From positions 87,423 to 151,422 of the forward strand of contig DLJQ01000025.1 in assembly GCA_002484335.1 (NCBI GenBank): 64,000 nucleotides of DNA. The letters are read 5' to 3'. This document shows, piece after piece, positions 19,921 to 28,641 of this stretch (the first letter of the stretch is position 1; each line of letters opens with the position of its first letter). Below the pieces are notes generated by a model. That model saw only the letters and a list, made by a program, of their open reading frames with translations. It was not told the origin of the DNA and did no database searches. The stretch is from Flavobacteriales bacterium UBA7612. GTDB lineage: Bacteria > Bacteroidota > Bacteroidia > Flavobacteriales > Weeksellaceae. A program made the position numbers and the translations under genes.

Positions 19921-22380
19921 TTAGAAAGGCATTATAAGTTTGAATACTATGTTGCGTCCCATATTATAAATCCCAGAATTTCCTCTTGAAGAAGTGTTAT
20001 AATACTCGAAATATTTTAATCGATTAAGATGAGATTGATAAGCTTTGTCGAATAAATTATTTGCTTGAACAATAAACTGTATATTTTTAGTTTTTGAATA
20101 TTTAATTTCTGTTGTAACTCCTAAATTAAATAATGTATAAGATGATGTTCTAGTTTCTGTACCATTTAAACCTAAAAATCTATTCTGTGTTGCTGTATAT
20201 TCCATTTCGAATTTTGGAATGATAGCTGTAAAATACTTTGATTTAGGTTTTATTTCTTTAGAAATCCCACTGTTTATAGACATTGGAGGAATTAGAGGTA
20301 AATATTCTCCTTCATTCCCTTTTCCTTTGAATGTCGAAGCACGGTTGAATCCATAAATAACACTCATACTATTATCCCAACGAAATCCCTTTAATTTTTC
20401 TGGATGTAAAGAAAATGATACTTCTGCTCCATATAATTGTGCTTTCGATTGTTCGTATTTATAGGTTCTATTTCCTTGTGCATCTACAACTGGATTTCCT
20501 TGTGCATCAGCTACCATAGACATATAAATATAGTTTTGTATGTTGTTATTAAAAATACTTACTTCGCTAGAAAAGTCTCTATATTTTAAACTAATTCCTA
20601 AATCTTCTTGTAAAGAAAATTCTGGATCGAAATTTCGATTTCCTAAATAAATAATGTGTGCACCAGGATCTAAACCATTACTTCCTATTTCTGTAATATT
20701 TGGAGCTCTATATGCTCGTCCAATATTAGCTTTTAAACTAATGTTTTTTGATGCTTGAAATGTTGCTCCTATACTTCCACTAATACCGTTAAAATTCTTT
20801 TTATAAGCATCAAATTGAAGATTTGCACCTTCATCATTTGCGTTAGATTGTTGTTCGAATCCAGTAATAGGATTTGTACCGACATAAAAATCATTCCATT
20901 TTACTTTTCGTAAATCATAGCGAATTCCTCCACTAATACTCCATTTTTCTCTTTTCCATTTCCCATATAAATAAGCTCCGCCATCAAATAAATCATAATT
21001 TGGAATAGGAAAGTCTGTTGCATCCATATTTTTATTATTCTGTAACATTCCATTTACACCAACTGATATTTCGATATTTGAAAATTTTGGAGCATTGTAT
21101 CTTACATTATAATTTAAGGTATTTAGTCGCATATACATTCCTGCTTGCTCTGGATCTGTTGGATGAGTAAATTCTCGTCTGATATTTTGTTGACCACCAA
21201 TTAAAACATCAATATCTCCTTTTCCAATTTCGTAGAAACTATGTAAATACGCTCTATAATGTTGTATATGTTGTGATAAATCTGGTATTTTATATGATTT
21301 TAATTCTTTATTAGAAACAATAGGACGATTTAAAATATCATCATCGTCACCTTCAAAAATTTGTTTTGTAAATTTTCTTGAGATTGAGTCTCTGGTTCCG
21401 TCTGGAATTCCTTGTCTATTGTCATACAATGTAAAATTAAGATGTGTATATCCTTTTTTTGATTTATAGCCGACTAAAGCTGCAAAGTTTTTTACATTAA
21501 AATTTGTTAAATAGACTCTTCCATCAATTGGGTTTTGGTAATTTTTAGCCATTCTATAAGAACCGCTCAAACCAAAAAGAAAATGTTTGTCAGAATAACT
21601 TAAACGTAATCCATTCCCAATAAGACTATTATTAGTTTGGTATTCATTTGTATATTTCCCGTGTAATTTACCATCTCCTTCTTTTGGAATAAATGGGAAT
21701 AAACTAATTACTCCAGCAATTGCATCAGAACCATATAAAAGACTTGCAGGCCCTTTTATAACTTCTGCTTTTTCTATTGTATAATCATCTATTTCTATAC
21801 CATGTTCATCACCATATTGTTGTCCTTCTTGTCGCATTCCATCGTACATTGTTAGAACACGATTGTATCCTAAACCATGTATAAATGGTTTCGAAATATT
21901 CGGACCTGTTTTTACTGCGTTTAATCCAGGTACATTTTTTACAAGAACATCAATAATATTGCTTTCAGCAGTTCTTTCTATCTGTTTTAAAGATACAGGA
22001 GCAATAGAAATTGGATTTTCTCTTAGTAAAGTTGCTCTTGTAGTTCCAGTAACAACAATTTCGTCTAATTTATTTGTTGTTTCAGGTTTTAGAAAAATAG
22101 TATAATCTGTTTTGTTAGATTGTAATTGTATTGTATCTGTTTCGTAACCTAATGCTTCAATTATTAATTTAATGTCAGTTTTACTTTGTGTAATATCTAT
22201 TTTAAAATTTCCTTTTTTATCTGAATTGATGCTATTATCAGAATTTTCTTCTTTGATGTTATACAATTCAATTGGCTGTTTGGTTTCCGAGTCTTTTACC
22301 GTTCCAATAATTGTGACTTGTTGGGCATGTCCGAGAACTGGAAAAGTAGAAAACAATAAGAGTAGAATTATTTTTTTCAT
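19921..22380 (-). CDS. TonB-dependent receptor (probable metal uptake)
   Basis: Signal peptide, N-terminal extension, LDEIVVTG, plug region (QEGQQYGDEHG, EVIKGPASLLYGSDAIAGVI), NNLFDKAYQSHL and terminal Phe. Confidence 0.9.
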   Translation of the reverse strand: MKKIILLLLFSTFPVLGHAQQVTIIGTVKDSETKQPIELYNIKEENSDNSINSDKKGNFKIDITQSKTDIKLIIEALGYETDTIQLQSNKTDYTIFLKPETTNKLDEIVVTGTTRATLLRENPISIAPVSLKQIERTAESNIIDVLVKNVPGLNAVKTGPNISKPFIHGLGYNRVLTMYDGMRQEGQQYGDEHGIEIDDYTIEKAEVIKGPASLLYGSDAIAGVISLFPFIPKEGDGKLHGKYTNEYQTNNSLIGNGLRLSYSDKHFLFGLSGSYRMAKNYQNPIDGRVYLTNFNVKNFAALVGYKSKKGYTHLNFTLYDNRQGIPDGTRDSISRKFTKQIFEGDDDDILNRPIVSNKELKSYKIPDLSQHIQHYRAYLHSFYEIGKGDIDVLIGGQQNIRREFTHPTDPEQAGMYMRLNTLNYNVRYNAPKFSNIEISVGVNGMLQNNKNMDATDFPIPNYDLFDGGAYLYGKWKREKWSISGGIRYDLRKVKWNDFYVGTNPITGFEQQSNANDEGANLQFDAYKKNFNGISGSIGATFQASKNISLKANIGRAYRAPNITEIGSNGLDPGAHIIYLGNRNFDPEFSLQEDLGISLKYRDFSSEVSIFNNNIQNYIYMSMVADAQGNPVVDAQGNRTYKYEQSKAQLYGAEVSFSLHPEKLKGFRWDNSMSVIYGFNRASTFKGKGNEGEYLPLIPPMSINSGISKEIKPKSKYFTAIIPKFEMEYTATQNRFLGLNGTETRTSSYTLFNLGVTTEIKYSKTKNIQFIVQANNLFDKAYQSHLNRLKYFEYYNTSSRGNSGIYNMGRNIVFKLIMPF

Positions 22381-22667
22381 TCTATGTGTTATTAATATTT
22401 ATGACAAACTTAATAAAGTTAGATCTTTCTAACAAAATTATTTTAAATAAAATTTAAAATAATTACAAAAGTAAAATAATTAAGATTGATCATACTATAT
22501 TGGTTTTAAAGTAATGAGAAGTGGTTTATAAAACTTTTTGTTATTATTAATTATACACAAACTAAATTATTTGATATACAATGTTTTATTTTTAATAAAT
22601 AAATTGTCAAAAAAAATAATTTTTAAAATTTTTAATTCAAAAATCATTTTCATCCAAAATTTATTTA

Positions 22668-22675
22668 TACATTTG
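22668..22675 (+). promoter_or_regulatory. Bacteroidota -7 promoter element of the his leader
   Basis: TACATTTG (TAnnTTTG) about 20 nt before the leader ATG. Confidence 0.6.
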
Positions 22676-22694
22676 TTCCAACAAAAAGAAAATA

Positions 22695-22751
22695 ATGTAC
22701 ACAATTCAGTTCCATCATCATCACCATCATACTTGCACTCAAGCGAGCTGA
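22695..22751 (+). CDS. his operon leader peptide (attenuator)
   Basis: MYTIQFHHHHHHTCTQAS*: six consecutive His codons, followed by a terminator and hisG. Confidence 0.9.
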   Translation: MYTIQFHHHHHHTCTQAS

Positions 22752-22784
22752 TTGTGATATGGACATGTGTCAAATAATATATCT

Positions 22785-22819
22785 AAATCCCGTTTGAGTA
22801 AATCAAACGGGATTTTTTT
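22785..22819 (+). terminator. his attenuator terminator
   Basis: AAATCCCGTTTGA-GTAAA-TCAAACGGGATTT plus T-run. Confidence 0.9.
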
Positions 22820-22885
22820 ATTACTTTCTATTATTTTAATTTTCTCTTTCAGATTTACTCAAACAAAAAATATAAAAATTATAAA

Positions 22886-23743
22886 ATGAGTAAATTAAAA
22901 ATAGCCATTCAAAAAAGTGGAAGACTAAGTGAAAAATCACTTGAATTATTGAAAGATTGTGGAATTAAAATATCTACAAGCAATAGAAAGTTAAGAACAG
23001 AATCATCTAATTTTCCAATCGAGGTATTATTTCTTCGCGACGACGATATTCCGCAATATGTAGAACAAGGAGTTGCTGATATTGGTATTCTAGGAGAAAA
23101 TGAAGTTTGGGAAAAAGATAAGGATATTAATAATGTTCGCAAATTAGGTTTTGCAGGTTGTAAACTTTGTTTAGCTATCCCAAAGGATGAAGTTTATACA
23201 GATTTATCTTATTTCGAAAATAAAAAAATAGCAACTTCTTATCCTAGAATTTTAGGAAACTTCTTCCAAGAAAAAGGAATCAATGTAAAAATAGAAGAAA
23301 TTGGTGGAAGTGTAGAAATTGCTCCGAGTATCGGTTTAGCCAATGCAATTTTTGACATTGTTTCTACTGGTTCTACTTTATTAACAAATGGGTTGAAACA
23401 AGTTGAAACTGTTGTAGAATCTGAAGCTATTTTAGTCGCAAATAAAAATTTAGATACAGAAAAGCAAGCCATTCTAGACCGTTTAATGTTTAGAATAGAA
23501 GCTGTAAAACAATCATCAGAAAATAAATATATACTTCTCAATGCTCCAAATGATAAATTAGAAGAAATTATAGGTTTACTTCCTGGTATGAAATCTCCTA
23601 CCGTTTTGCCTTTAGCAGAAAAAGGTTGGTCATCTATACATACTGTTGTTAAAGAGGATACTTTTTGGGATATTATAGAACAATTAAAAGAATTGGGTGC
23701 AGAAGGTATTTTAGTATTAGAAATAGAGAAAATGATTTTATAG
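22886..23743 (+). CDS. hisG: ATP phosphoribosyltransferase (long form)
   Basis: IAIQKSGRL, RDDDIP, GSVEIAP, DIVSTGSTL and a C-terminal regulatory domain. Confidence 0.97.
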   Translation: MSKLKIAIQKSGRLSEKSLELLKDCGIKISTSNRKLRTESSNFPIEVLFLRDDDIPQYVEQGVADIGILGENEVWEKDKDINNVRKLGFAGCKLCLAIPKDEVYTDLSYFENKKIATSYPRILGNFFQEKGINVKIEEIGGSVEIAPSIGLANAIFDIVSTGSTLLTNGLKQVETVVESEAILVANKNLDTEKQAILDRLMFRIEAVKQSSENKYILLNAPNDKLEEIIGLLPGMKSPTVLPLAEKGWSSIHTVVKEDTFWDIIEQLKELGAEGILVLEIEKMIL

Positions 23744-23818
23744 TGTTAAGATATAAAGGTATAAGTCATAAGTATGATGAAAACCTTATAACTTAAGTCT
23801 TAAAACTTAAAAACTAAA
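23744..23818. repeat. Inverted 7-nt-period TAAG/CTTA arms at the hisG-hisD junction (empty)
   Basis: Left arm TTAAGAT ATAAAGG TATAAGT CATAAGT; right arm CCTTATA ACTTAAG TCTTAAA ACTTAAA. Confidence 0.7.
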
Positions 23819-23821
23819 ATA

Positions 23822-25114
23822 ATGAGAACATATATACGACCACAAGTATCCGATTGGACAGAATTAACAACACGTCCAACAAAAGAATCAAAAGATTTAC
23901 AAAAAATTGTATTAGAAGTTTTTGATAAAATAAAAACAGAAGGAGACAAGGCTTTAGTAGATTTTACAGCACAATTTGATAAAGTTCAATTAACAAACCT
24001 ATTTGTAACAAGCCAAGAAATAGATGAAGCAGATGAACTAATCTCAAATGATTTAAAACAAGCTATACAATTAGCTGCATCAAACATAGAAAAATTTCAC
24101 TCAGCACAGTTCGAAAAAAGTAATGTTATAGAAACCACACAAGGTGTACAATGCTGGCGAGAATCTCGAGGAATAGAAAATGTAGGAATTTATATACCTG
24201 GAGGAACAGCTCCATTGTTTTCAACAACATTAATGTTGGGAATTCCTGCAAAATTAGCAGGTTGTAAAAACATTATTTTATGTACACCTCCAAATAAAGA
24301 GGGTAAAATTCACCCAGCTATTTTATATACAGCCAATCTTATAGGCATAGAAAAAATAGTAAAAGTAGGTGGAATTCAAGCTGTCGGAGCTTTAACATTT
24401 GGGACAGAAACAATCAATAAAGTCGATAAAATTTTTGGCCCAGGAAACCAATACGTAACAGCAGCCAAACAAGTCGCTCAGAATTTTGGTGTAGCAATAG
24501 ATATGCCGGCTGGACCAAGCGAAGTTCTAGTTATTGCAGACGAAACATCTGTACCCAAATACATTGCTGCAGATTTATTATCACAAGCTGAACATGGAAC
24601 AGATTCTCAAGTAATTTTATTAACAAATAACGAGAATACTTTAAACCAAACATTAAAGGAATTAGAGAATCAATTAGCTGTTTTACCTCGAAAAGAATTT
24701 GCCCAACAAGCACTTAATAATTCAAGAGGAATAGTTTTGAAAACGATAGACGATTGTGTTACATTTTCAAATATCTATGCACCAGAACATTTAATTTTTG
24801 CGTGTGAATCAGCGGAAAATTATATTCCAAAAATAATCAATGCAGGTTCAGTTTTTCTAGGGAATTATTCGTGCGAAAGTGCAGGAGATTATGCTTCGGG
24901 AACAAATCACACTTTGCCAACCAATGGCTATGCAAAAAATTACTCAGGTGTTTCTTTAGACAGTTTTATCAAGAAAATTACCTTTCAGAAACTATCACAA
25001 GAAGGAATCAAAAATATTGGTCCTGCAATAGAATTAATGGCAGAAGCCGAAGAATTATTTGCTCATAAAAATGCAGTAACCTTAAGATTACAAGATTTAA
25101 ATTATAAGGTATAA
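23822..25114 (+). CDS. hisD: Histidinol dehydrogenase
   Basis: GIYIPGG, KIFGPGNQYV, DMPAGPSEV, LSQAEHG, APEHL and GDYASGTNHTLPT motifs. Confidence 0.97.
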   Translation: MRTYIRPQVSDWTELTTRPTKESKDLQKIVLEVFDKIKTEGDKALVDFTAQFDKVQLTNLFVTSQEIDEADELISNDLKQAIQLAASNIEKFHSAQFEKSNVIETTQGVQCWRESRGIENVGIYIPGGTAPLFSTTLMLGIPAKLAGCKNIILCTPPNKEGKIHPAILYTANLIGIEKIVKVGGIQAVGALTFGTETINKVDKIFGPGNQYVTAAKQVAQNFGVAIDMPAGPSEVLVIADETSVPKYIAADLLSQAEHGTDSQVILLTNNENTLNQTLKELENQLAVLPRKEFAQQALNNSRGIVLKTIDDCVTFSNIYAPEHLIFACESAENYIPKIINAGSVFLGNYSCESAGDYASGTNHTLPTNGYAKNYSGVSLDSFIKKITFQKLSQEGIKNIGPAIELMAEAEELFAHKNAVTLRLQDLNYKV

Positions 25115-25122
25115 GTTAAATA

Positions 25123-25198
25123 GGGCGTTCCCTTCGGTCGGGCTTTACGTTGCAATCTTTTTCTAAGGAAAAAGGATTTTCACTACAATCCCTAACGC
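25123..25198 (+). ncRNA. Structured intergenic repeat, copy A (Flavo-1-like)
   Basis: GGGCGTTCCCTTCGGTCGGGCTTTACGTTGCAATCTTTTTC-TAAG-GAAAAAGGATTTTCACTACAATCCCTAACGC, with terminal GCGTT/AACGC pairing. The family name is from memory, not from a search. Confidence 0.65.
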
Positions 25199-25239
25199 AA
25201 ACAGTAATTATAAAACATAATACTTGAAAACTAAATAAA

Positions 25240-26286
25240 ATGAAAACATTTAATATAAATAATATCATTCGTCCTAACATAAAAGTGATGAAAGCCTATT
25301 CATCTGCTCGTGATGAATTTCAAGAAATTACTAATGATTTCGTATTCTTAGATGCAAATGAAAATCCTTATGAAACTGGATTAAATCGTTATCCCGACCC
25401 ATTTCAACGAAATGTAAAAAACGAACTAAGTACAATTAAAAACTATCCAGCAAACCAGATTTTATTAGGAAACGGAAGTGACGAGGTTTTAGATTTAATC
25501 TTTCGTGCTTTTTGTGAACCAAACCAAGACAATGTTATTGCGATTTCTCCTTCTTATGGAATGTATAGTGTTTTAGCAAATTTAAATGCAATAGAATACC
25601 GTAAATCTCTATTAAATGAAAATGATTTTCAACCCAATATCGAAGATATTTTCTCTAAAGTAGATGAATACACAAAAATGATTTTCCTTTGTTCTCCTAA
25701 TAATCCAACAGGAGAAATCATCAAAAGAGAATATATTTTAGAAATCGTCAAACGCTTCAATGGTTTAGTAATAATAGATGAAGCTTATATTGATTTTTCT
25801 ACAGAACCATCTTGGATAGAAGAAATTAAAAATTATCCGAATATTATCGTTATCCAAACTTTATCAAAAGCATTTGGTTTGGCAGGAATTCGTTTAGGTA
25901 TTTTGTATGCAAGTCTAGATATTATTGCTGTATTGAATAAAATAAAACCACCATATAACATCAATCAATTGACTCAACAAAAAGCATTAGAAATTCTAAA
26001 AGATTATGATAAAATAAAGTTAACTACACAAACAATTATTAAACAAAAACAACTTCTTGAAACAGCTCTAAAAGAAATAATTTTTATAGAAAAAATTTAT
26101 CCAAGTGATGCTAATTTCATTTTAATAAAAGTTGATGATGCTACAAAACGTTACAATGAATTAATAGAAAAAGGAATTGTTATCCGTAATCGAACAAATG
26201 ACGATTTGTGTAAAAATTGTTTAAGAATAACAGTTGGTACAGAAGAGGAAAATGAGAAGATTTTAGAAAATTTAAAAAGTCTTTAG
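25240..26286 (+). CDS. hisC: Histidinol-phosphate aminotransferase
   Basis: LDANEN, NRYPDP, GNGSDE, CSPNNPTG, DEAY and TLSKAFGLAGIRLG motifs. Confidence 0.97.
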   Translation: MKTFNINNIIRPNIKVMKAYSSARDEFQEITNDFVFLDANENPYETGLNRYPDPFQRNVKNELSTIKNYPANQILLGNGSDEVLDLIFRAFCEPNQDNVIAISPSYGMYSVLANLNAIEYRKSLLNENDFQPNIEDIFSKVDEYTKMIFLCSPNNPTGEIIKREYILEIVKRFNGLVIIDEAYIDFSTEPSWIEEIKNYPNIIVIQTLSKAFGLAGIRLGILYASLDIIAVLNKIKPPYNINQLTQQKALEILKDYDKIKLTTQTIIKQKQLLETALKEIIFIEKIYPSDANFILIKVDDATKRYNELIEKGIVIRNRTNDDLCKNCLRITVGTEEENEKILENLKSL

Positions 26287-26289
26287 AAT

Positions 26290-26313
26290 TAAGTTATTAG
26301 GCATAAGGTTTTA
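26290..26313. repeat. Left heptamer arm flanking the four-helix-bundle gene
   Basis: TAAGTTA TTAGGCA TAAGGTT TTA; complementary to 26720-26743 (19/24 Watson-Crick plus 2 G.U). Confidence 0.7.
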
Positions 26314-26343
26314 TTTGTAATTTAATAGAAGTAAATTTTGTAT

Positions 26344-26715
26344 ATGAGTAGTTTTAGCACTTTAATTGTTTGGAAAAAATCTCATGAATTAACTTTAAAA
26401 ATTTATGAGATTACAAAGACTTTTCCTAAAGAAGAAACTTTTGGAATTACAAGTCAAATAAGGCGAGCCGCTTATTCTATCCCTTCAAATATTGTTGAAG
26501 GTAGAACCAAATCAACAATTGCACATAAATTGAGCTTTGTTTCTCACTCGGTAGGCTCTTTTGAAGAAGTGAAATATTTTTTACTATTAAGTAAAGATTT
26601 AAATTATATAACAATAGAAACATATAATGAACTTATTCCATTTTTGAATGAAGTTGGAAAACTTCTCAATGGTTATGAGAGATTTATTAAAAACGATAAA
26701 TATTCTAAGGAGTAA
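26344..26715 (+). CDS. Four-helix-bundle protein (23S rRNA intervening-sequence protein family)
   Basis: LIVWKKSHEL, FPKEETFGITSQIRRAAYSIPSNIVEG, GSFEEV..L.LSKDLNYI motifs. Confidence 0.92.
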   Translation: MSSFSTLIVWKKSHELTLKIYEITKTFPKEETFGITSQIRRAAYSIPSNIVEGRTKSTIAHKLSFVSHSVGSFEEVKYFLLLSKDLNYITIETYNELIPFLNEVGKLLNGYERFIKNDKYSKE

Positions 26716-26757
26716 AACTTGAAATCTTATACCTTATACCTTAGAACTTAGAACTTA
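26716..26757. repeat. Right heptamer arm flanking the four-helix-bundle gene
   Basis: AACTTGA AATCTTA TACCTTA TACCTTA GAACTTA GAACTTA. Confidence 0.8.
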
Positions 26758-26759
26758 TT

Positions 26760-27893
26760 ATGAAAAAACTCCTATTTATAGATCGTGATGGAACAATGAT
26801 ATTAGAACCATCAGATTACCAAGTTGATAGTTTCGAAAAACTAGAATTCTATCCAGAAGCATTTACTTATTTAGGTAAAATTGCTAAAGAATTAGATTAT
26901 GAATTAATCATGGTAACAAACCAAGATGGCTTGGGAACAGAAGCACATCCAGAAGAAAAATTTTGGCCAATTCAAAATTTTGTAATTAAAGCTTTTGAAA
27001 ATGAAGGTGTAAAATTTGAAGCAGTATATATTGATAAAACATTTGCCAAAGAAAATGCACCAACAAGAAAACCAAATACAGGCTTATTAACACAATATAT
27101 CAATAATTCAGTTTACGATTTAGCAAAATCTTTTGTTATTGGAGATAGAATAACAGATGTTAAATTAGCTCAAAATCTTGGAGCAAAAGGAATTTTTATT
27201 GCGAACGATGAAGCATTGGGAGCAAATGAAATTTCAAAAAATGAAGATTTAAACGATACAATTGCATTAAAAACTACTTCTTGGAAAGAAATTTATGAAT
27301 TTCTAAAATTAGAAAATAGAACTGCATCTATCAAAAGAAATACCAATGAAACAAAGATAAAAATCGATTTGAATTTAGACGGAACAGGGAAATCAGACAT
27401 TTCGACTGGAATTCATTTTTTTGATCATATGCTAGACCAAATTGCTCGTCACGGACAAATGGATTTAAAGATAAAAGTGGATGGAGATTTAGAAGTAGAT
27501 GAACATCATACAATAGAAGATACCGCAATTGCTCTTGGCGAAGTATTTTCATCGGCTTTAGGAAATAAATTGGGTATCGAACGTTATGGTTTCGCTTTAC
27601 CAATGGACGATTGTTTAGCTCAAGTTGCTATTGATTTTGGTGGAAGAAATTGGTTGGTTTGGGAATCAGATTTTAATCGTGAAATGATTGGACAAATGCC
27701 AACAGAAATGTTTTATCATTTTTTCAAATCATTTACTGATGGAGCAAAAGCTAATTTGAATATTAAAGCAGAAGGAATAAATGAGCATCATAAAATAGAA
27801 GCTATTTTTAAAGCTTTTGCAAAAGCCATAAAAGTTGCTGTAAAACGTGATCCAGATAAAATGATTTTACCAAGTACTAAGGGAGTGTTGTAA
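26760..27893 (+). CDS. hisB: Bifunctional histidinol-phosphatase / imidazoleglycerol-phosphate dehydratase
   Basis: FIDRDGT HAD motif, [22 protein letters not shown] and NEHHKIEA motifs. Confidence 0.97.
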   Translation: MKKLLFIDRDGTMILEPSDYQVDSFEKLEFYPEAFTYLGKIAKELDYELIMVTNQDGLGTEAHPEEKFWPIQNFVIKAFENEGVKFEAVYIDKTFAKENAPTRKPNTGLLTQYINNSVYDLAKSFVIGDRITDVKLAQNLGAKGIFIANDEALGANEISKNEDLNDTIALKTTSWKEIYEFLKLENRTASIKRNTNETKIKIDLNLDGTGKSDISTGIHFFDHMLDQIARHGQMDLKIKVDGDLEVDEHHTIEDTAIALGEVFSSALGNKLGIERYGFALPMDDCLAQVAIDFGGRNWLVWESDFNREMIGQMPTEMFYHFFKSFTDGAKANLNIKAEGINEHHKIEAIFKAFAKAIKVAVKRDPDKMILPSTKGVL

Positions 27894-27992
27894 GTGATTA
27901 TGTGTTTAAGTTAATCAGTTTTTAAGTTTCTGAATAAAATTACTTAATCAAATACATAACAACTTAAGCACTTAATAACATTTCAACTTAAA
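27891..27992. repeat. Inverted 8-nt-period TAAGT/ACTTA arms at the hisB-hisH junction (empty)
   Basis: Left arm TAAGTGAT TATGTGTT TAAGTTAA TCAGTTTT TAAGTTTC, starting at the hisB stop; right arm ...AACTTAAG CACTTAAT AACATTTC AACTTAAA. Confidence 0.7.
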
Positions 27993-28002
27993 ATTAGAAA
28001 AA

Positions 28003-28581
28003 ATGATTGCTATAATAAAATACAATGCAGGAAACACAAAATCAGTTCTGAATGCTGTAGCAAGGTTAGGTTACGAAGCAGAAATAACAGATGATTTTGA
28101 AAAAATAAAAAATGCAGAAAAAGTTATTTTCCCTGGAGTAGGTCATGCTGCTTCAGCAATGAAATATCTAAAAGAAAGAGGATTAGATCAATTAATAAAA
28201 AATTTGAAGCAACCAACCTTAGGAATATGTTTAGGACAACAATTAATGTGTGAGTTTTCTGAAGAAGGAAATACAGAATGTATAGGAATTTTCCCTGTAC
28301 AAGTAAAATTATTTCCACCAACAGAAATTGTTCCTCAAATGGGTTGGAATAATATTTATGAATTAAAAAATTATTTATTGAAAAATGTTGATGAAAATTC
28401 TGATATCTATTATGTACATAGTTATTACTGTGAATTATCTGAATATACAATCGCTAAAACAGATTATATTTTAGAATATTCTGCTGCATTGCAAAAAGAT
28501 AATTTTTATGCTACACAGTTTCATCCCGAAAAATCTGCTGGAATAGGAGAACGTATTCTACAGAATTTCCTAAGTTTATAG
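28003..28581 (+). CDS. hisH: Imidazole glycerol phosphate synthase, glutaminase subunit
   Basis: FPGVG, GICLGQQ, MGWN, YYVHSY and QFHPEKS motifs. Confidence 0.97.
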   Translation: MIAIIKYNAGNTKSVLNAVARLGYEAEITDDFEKIKNAEKVIFPGVGHAASAMKYLKERGLDQLIKNLKQPTLGICLGQQLMCEFSEEGNTECIGIFPVQVKLFPPTEIVPQMGWNNIYELKNYLLKNVDENSDIYYVHSYYCELSEYTIAKTDYILEYSAALQKDNFYATQFHPEKSAGIGERILQNFLSL

Positions 28582-28641
28582 AAGATAATAAATTATTTTT
28601 TTAATAGATTCTAAATAAACGATTGATATAAATTAACACAC

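Noticed and set aside
22538..22777. Overlapping 79-aa (+) and 68-aa (-) ORFs upstream of hisG
   Set aside because: Low-complexity AT-rich frames crossing the promoter; the meaningful ORF is the His6 leader in another frame.
26344..26715. Four-helix-bundle gene as part of a diversity-generating retroelement
   Set aside because: No reverse transcriptase and no template/variable repeat pair seen in the window.
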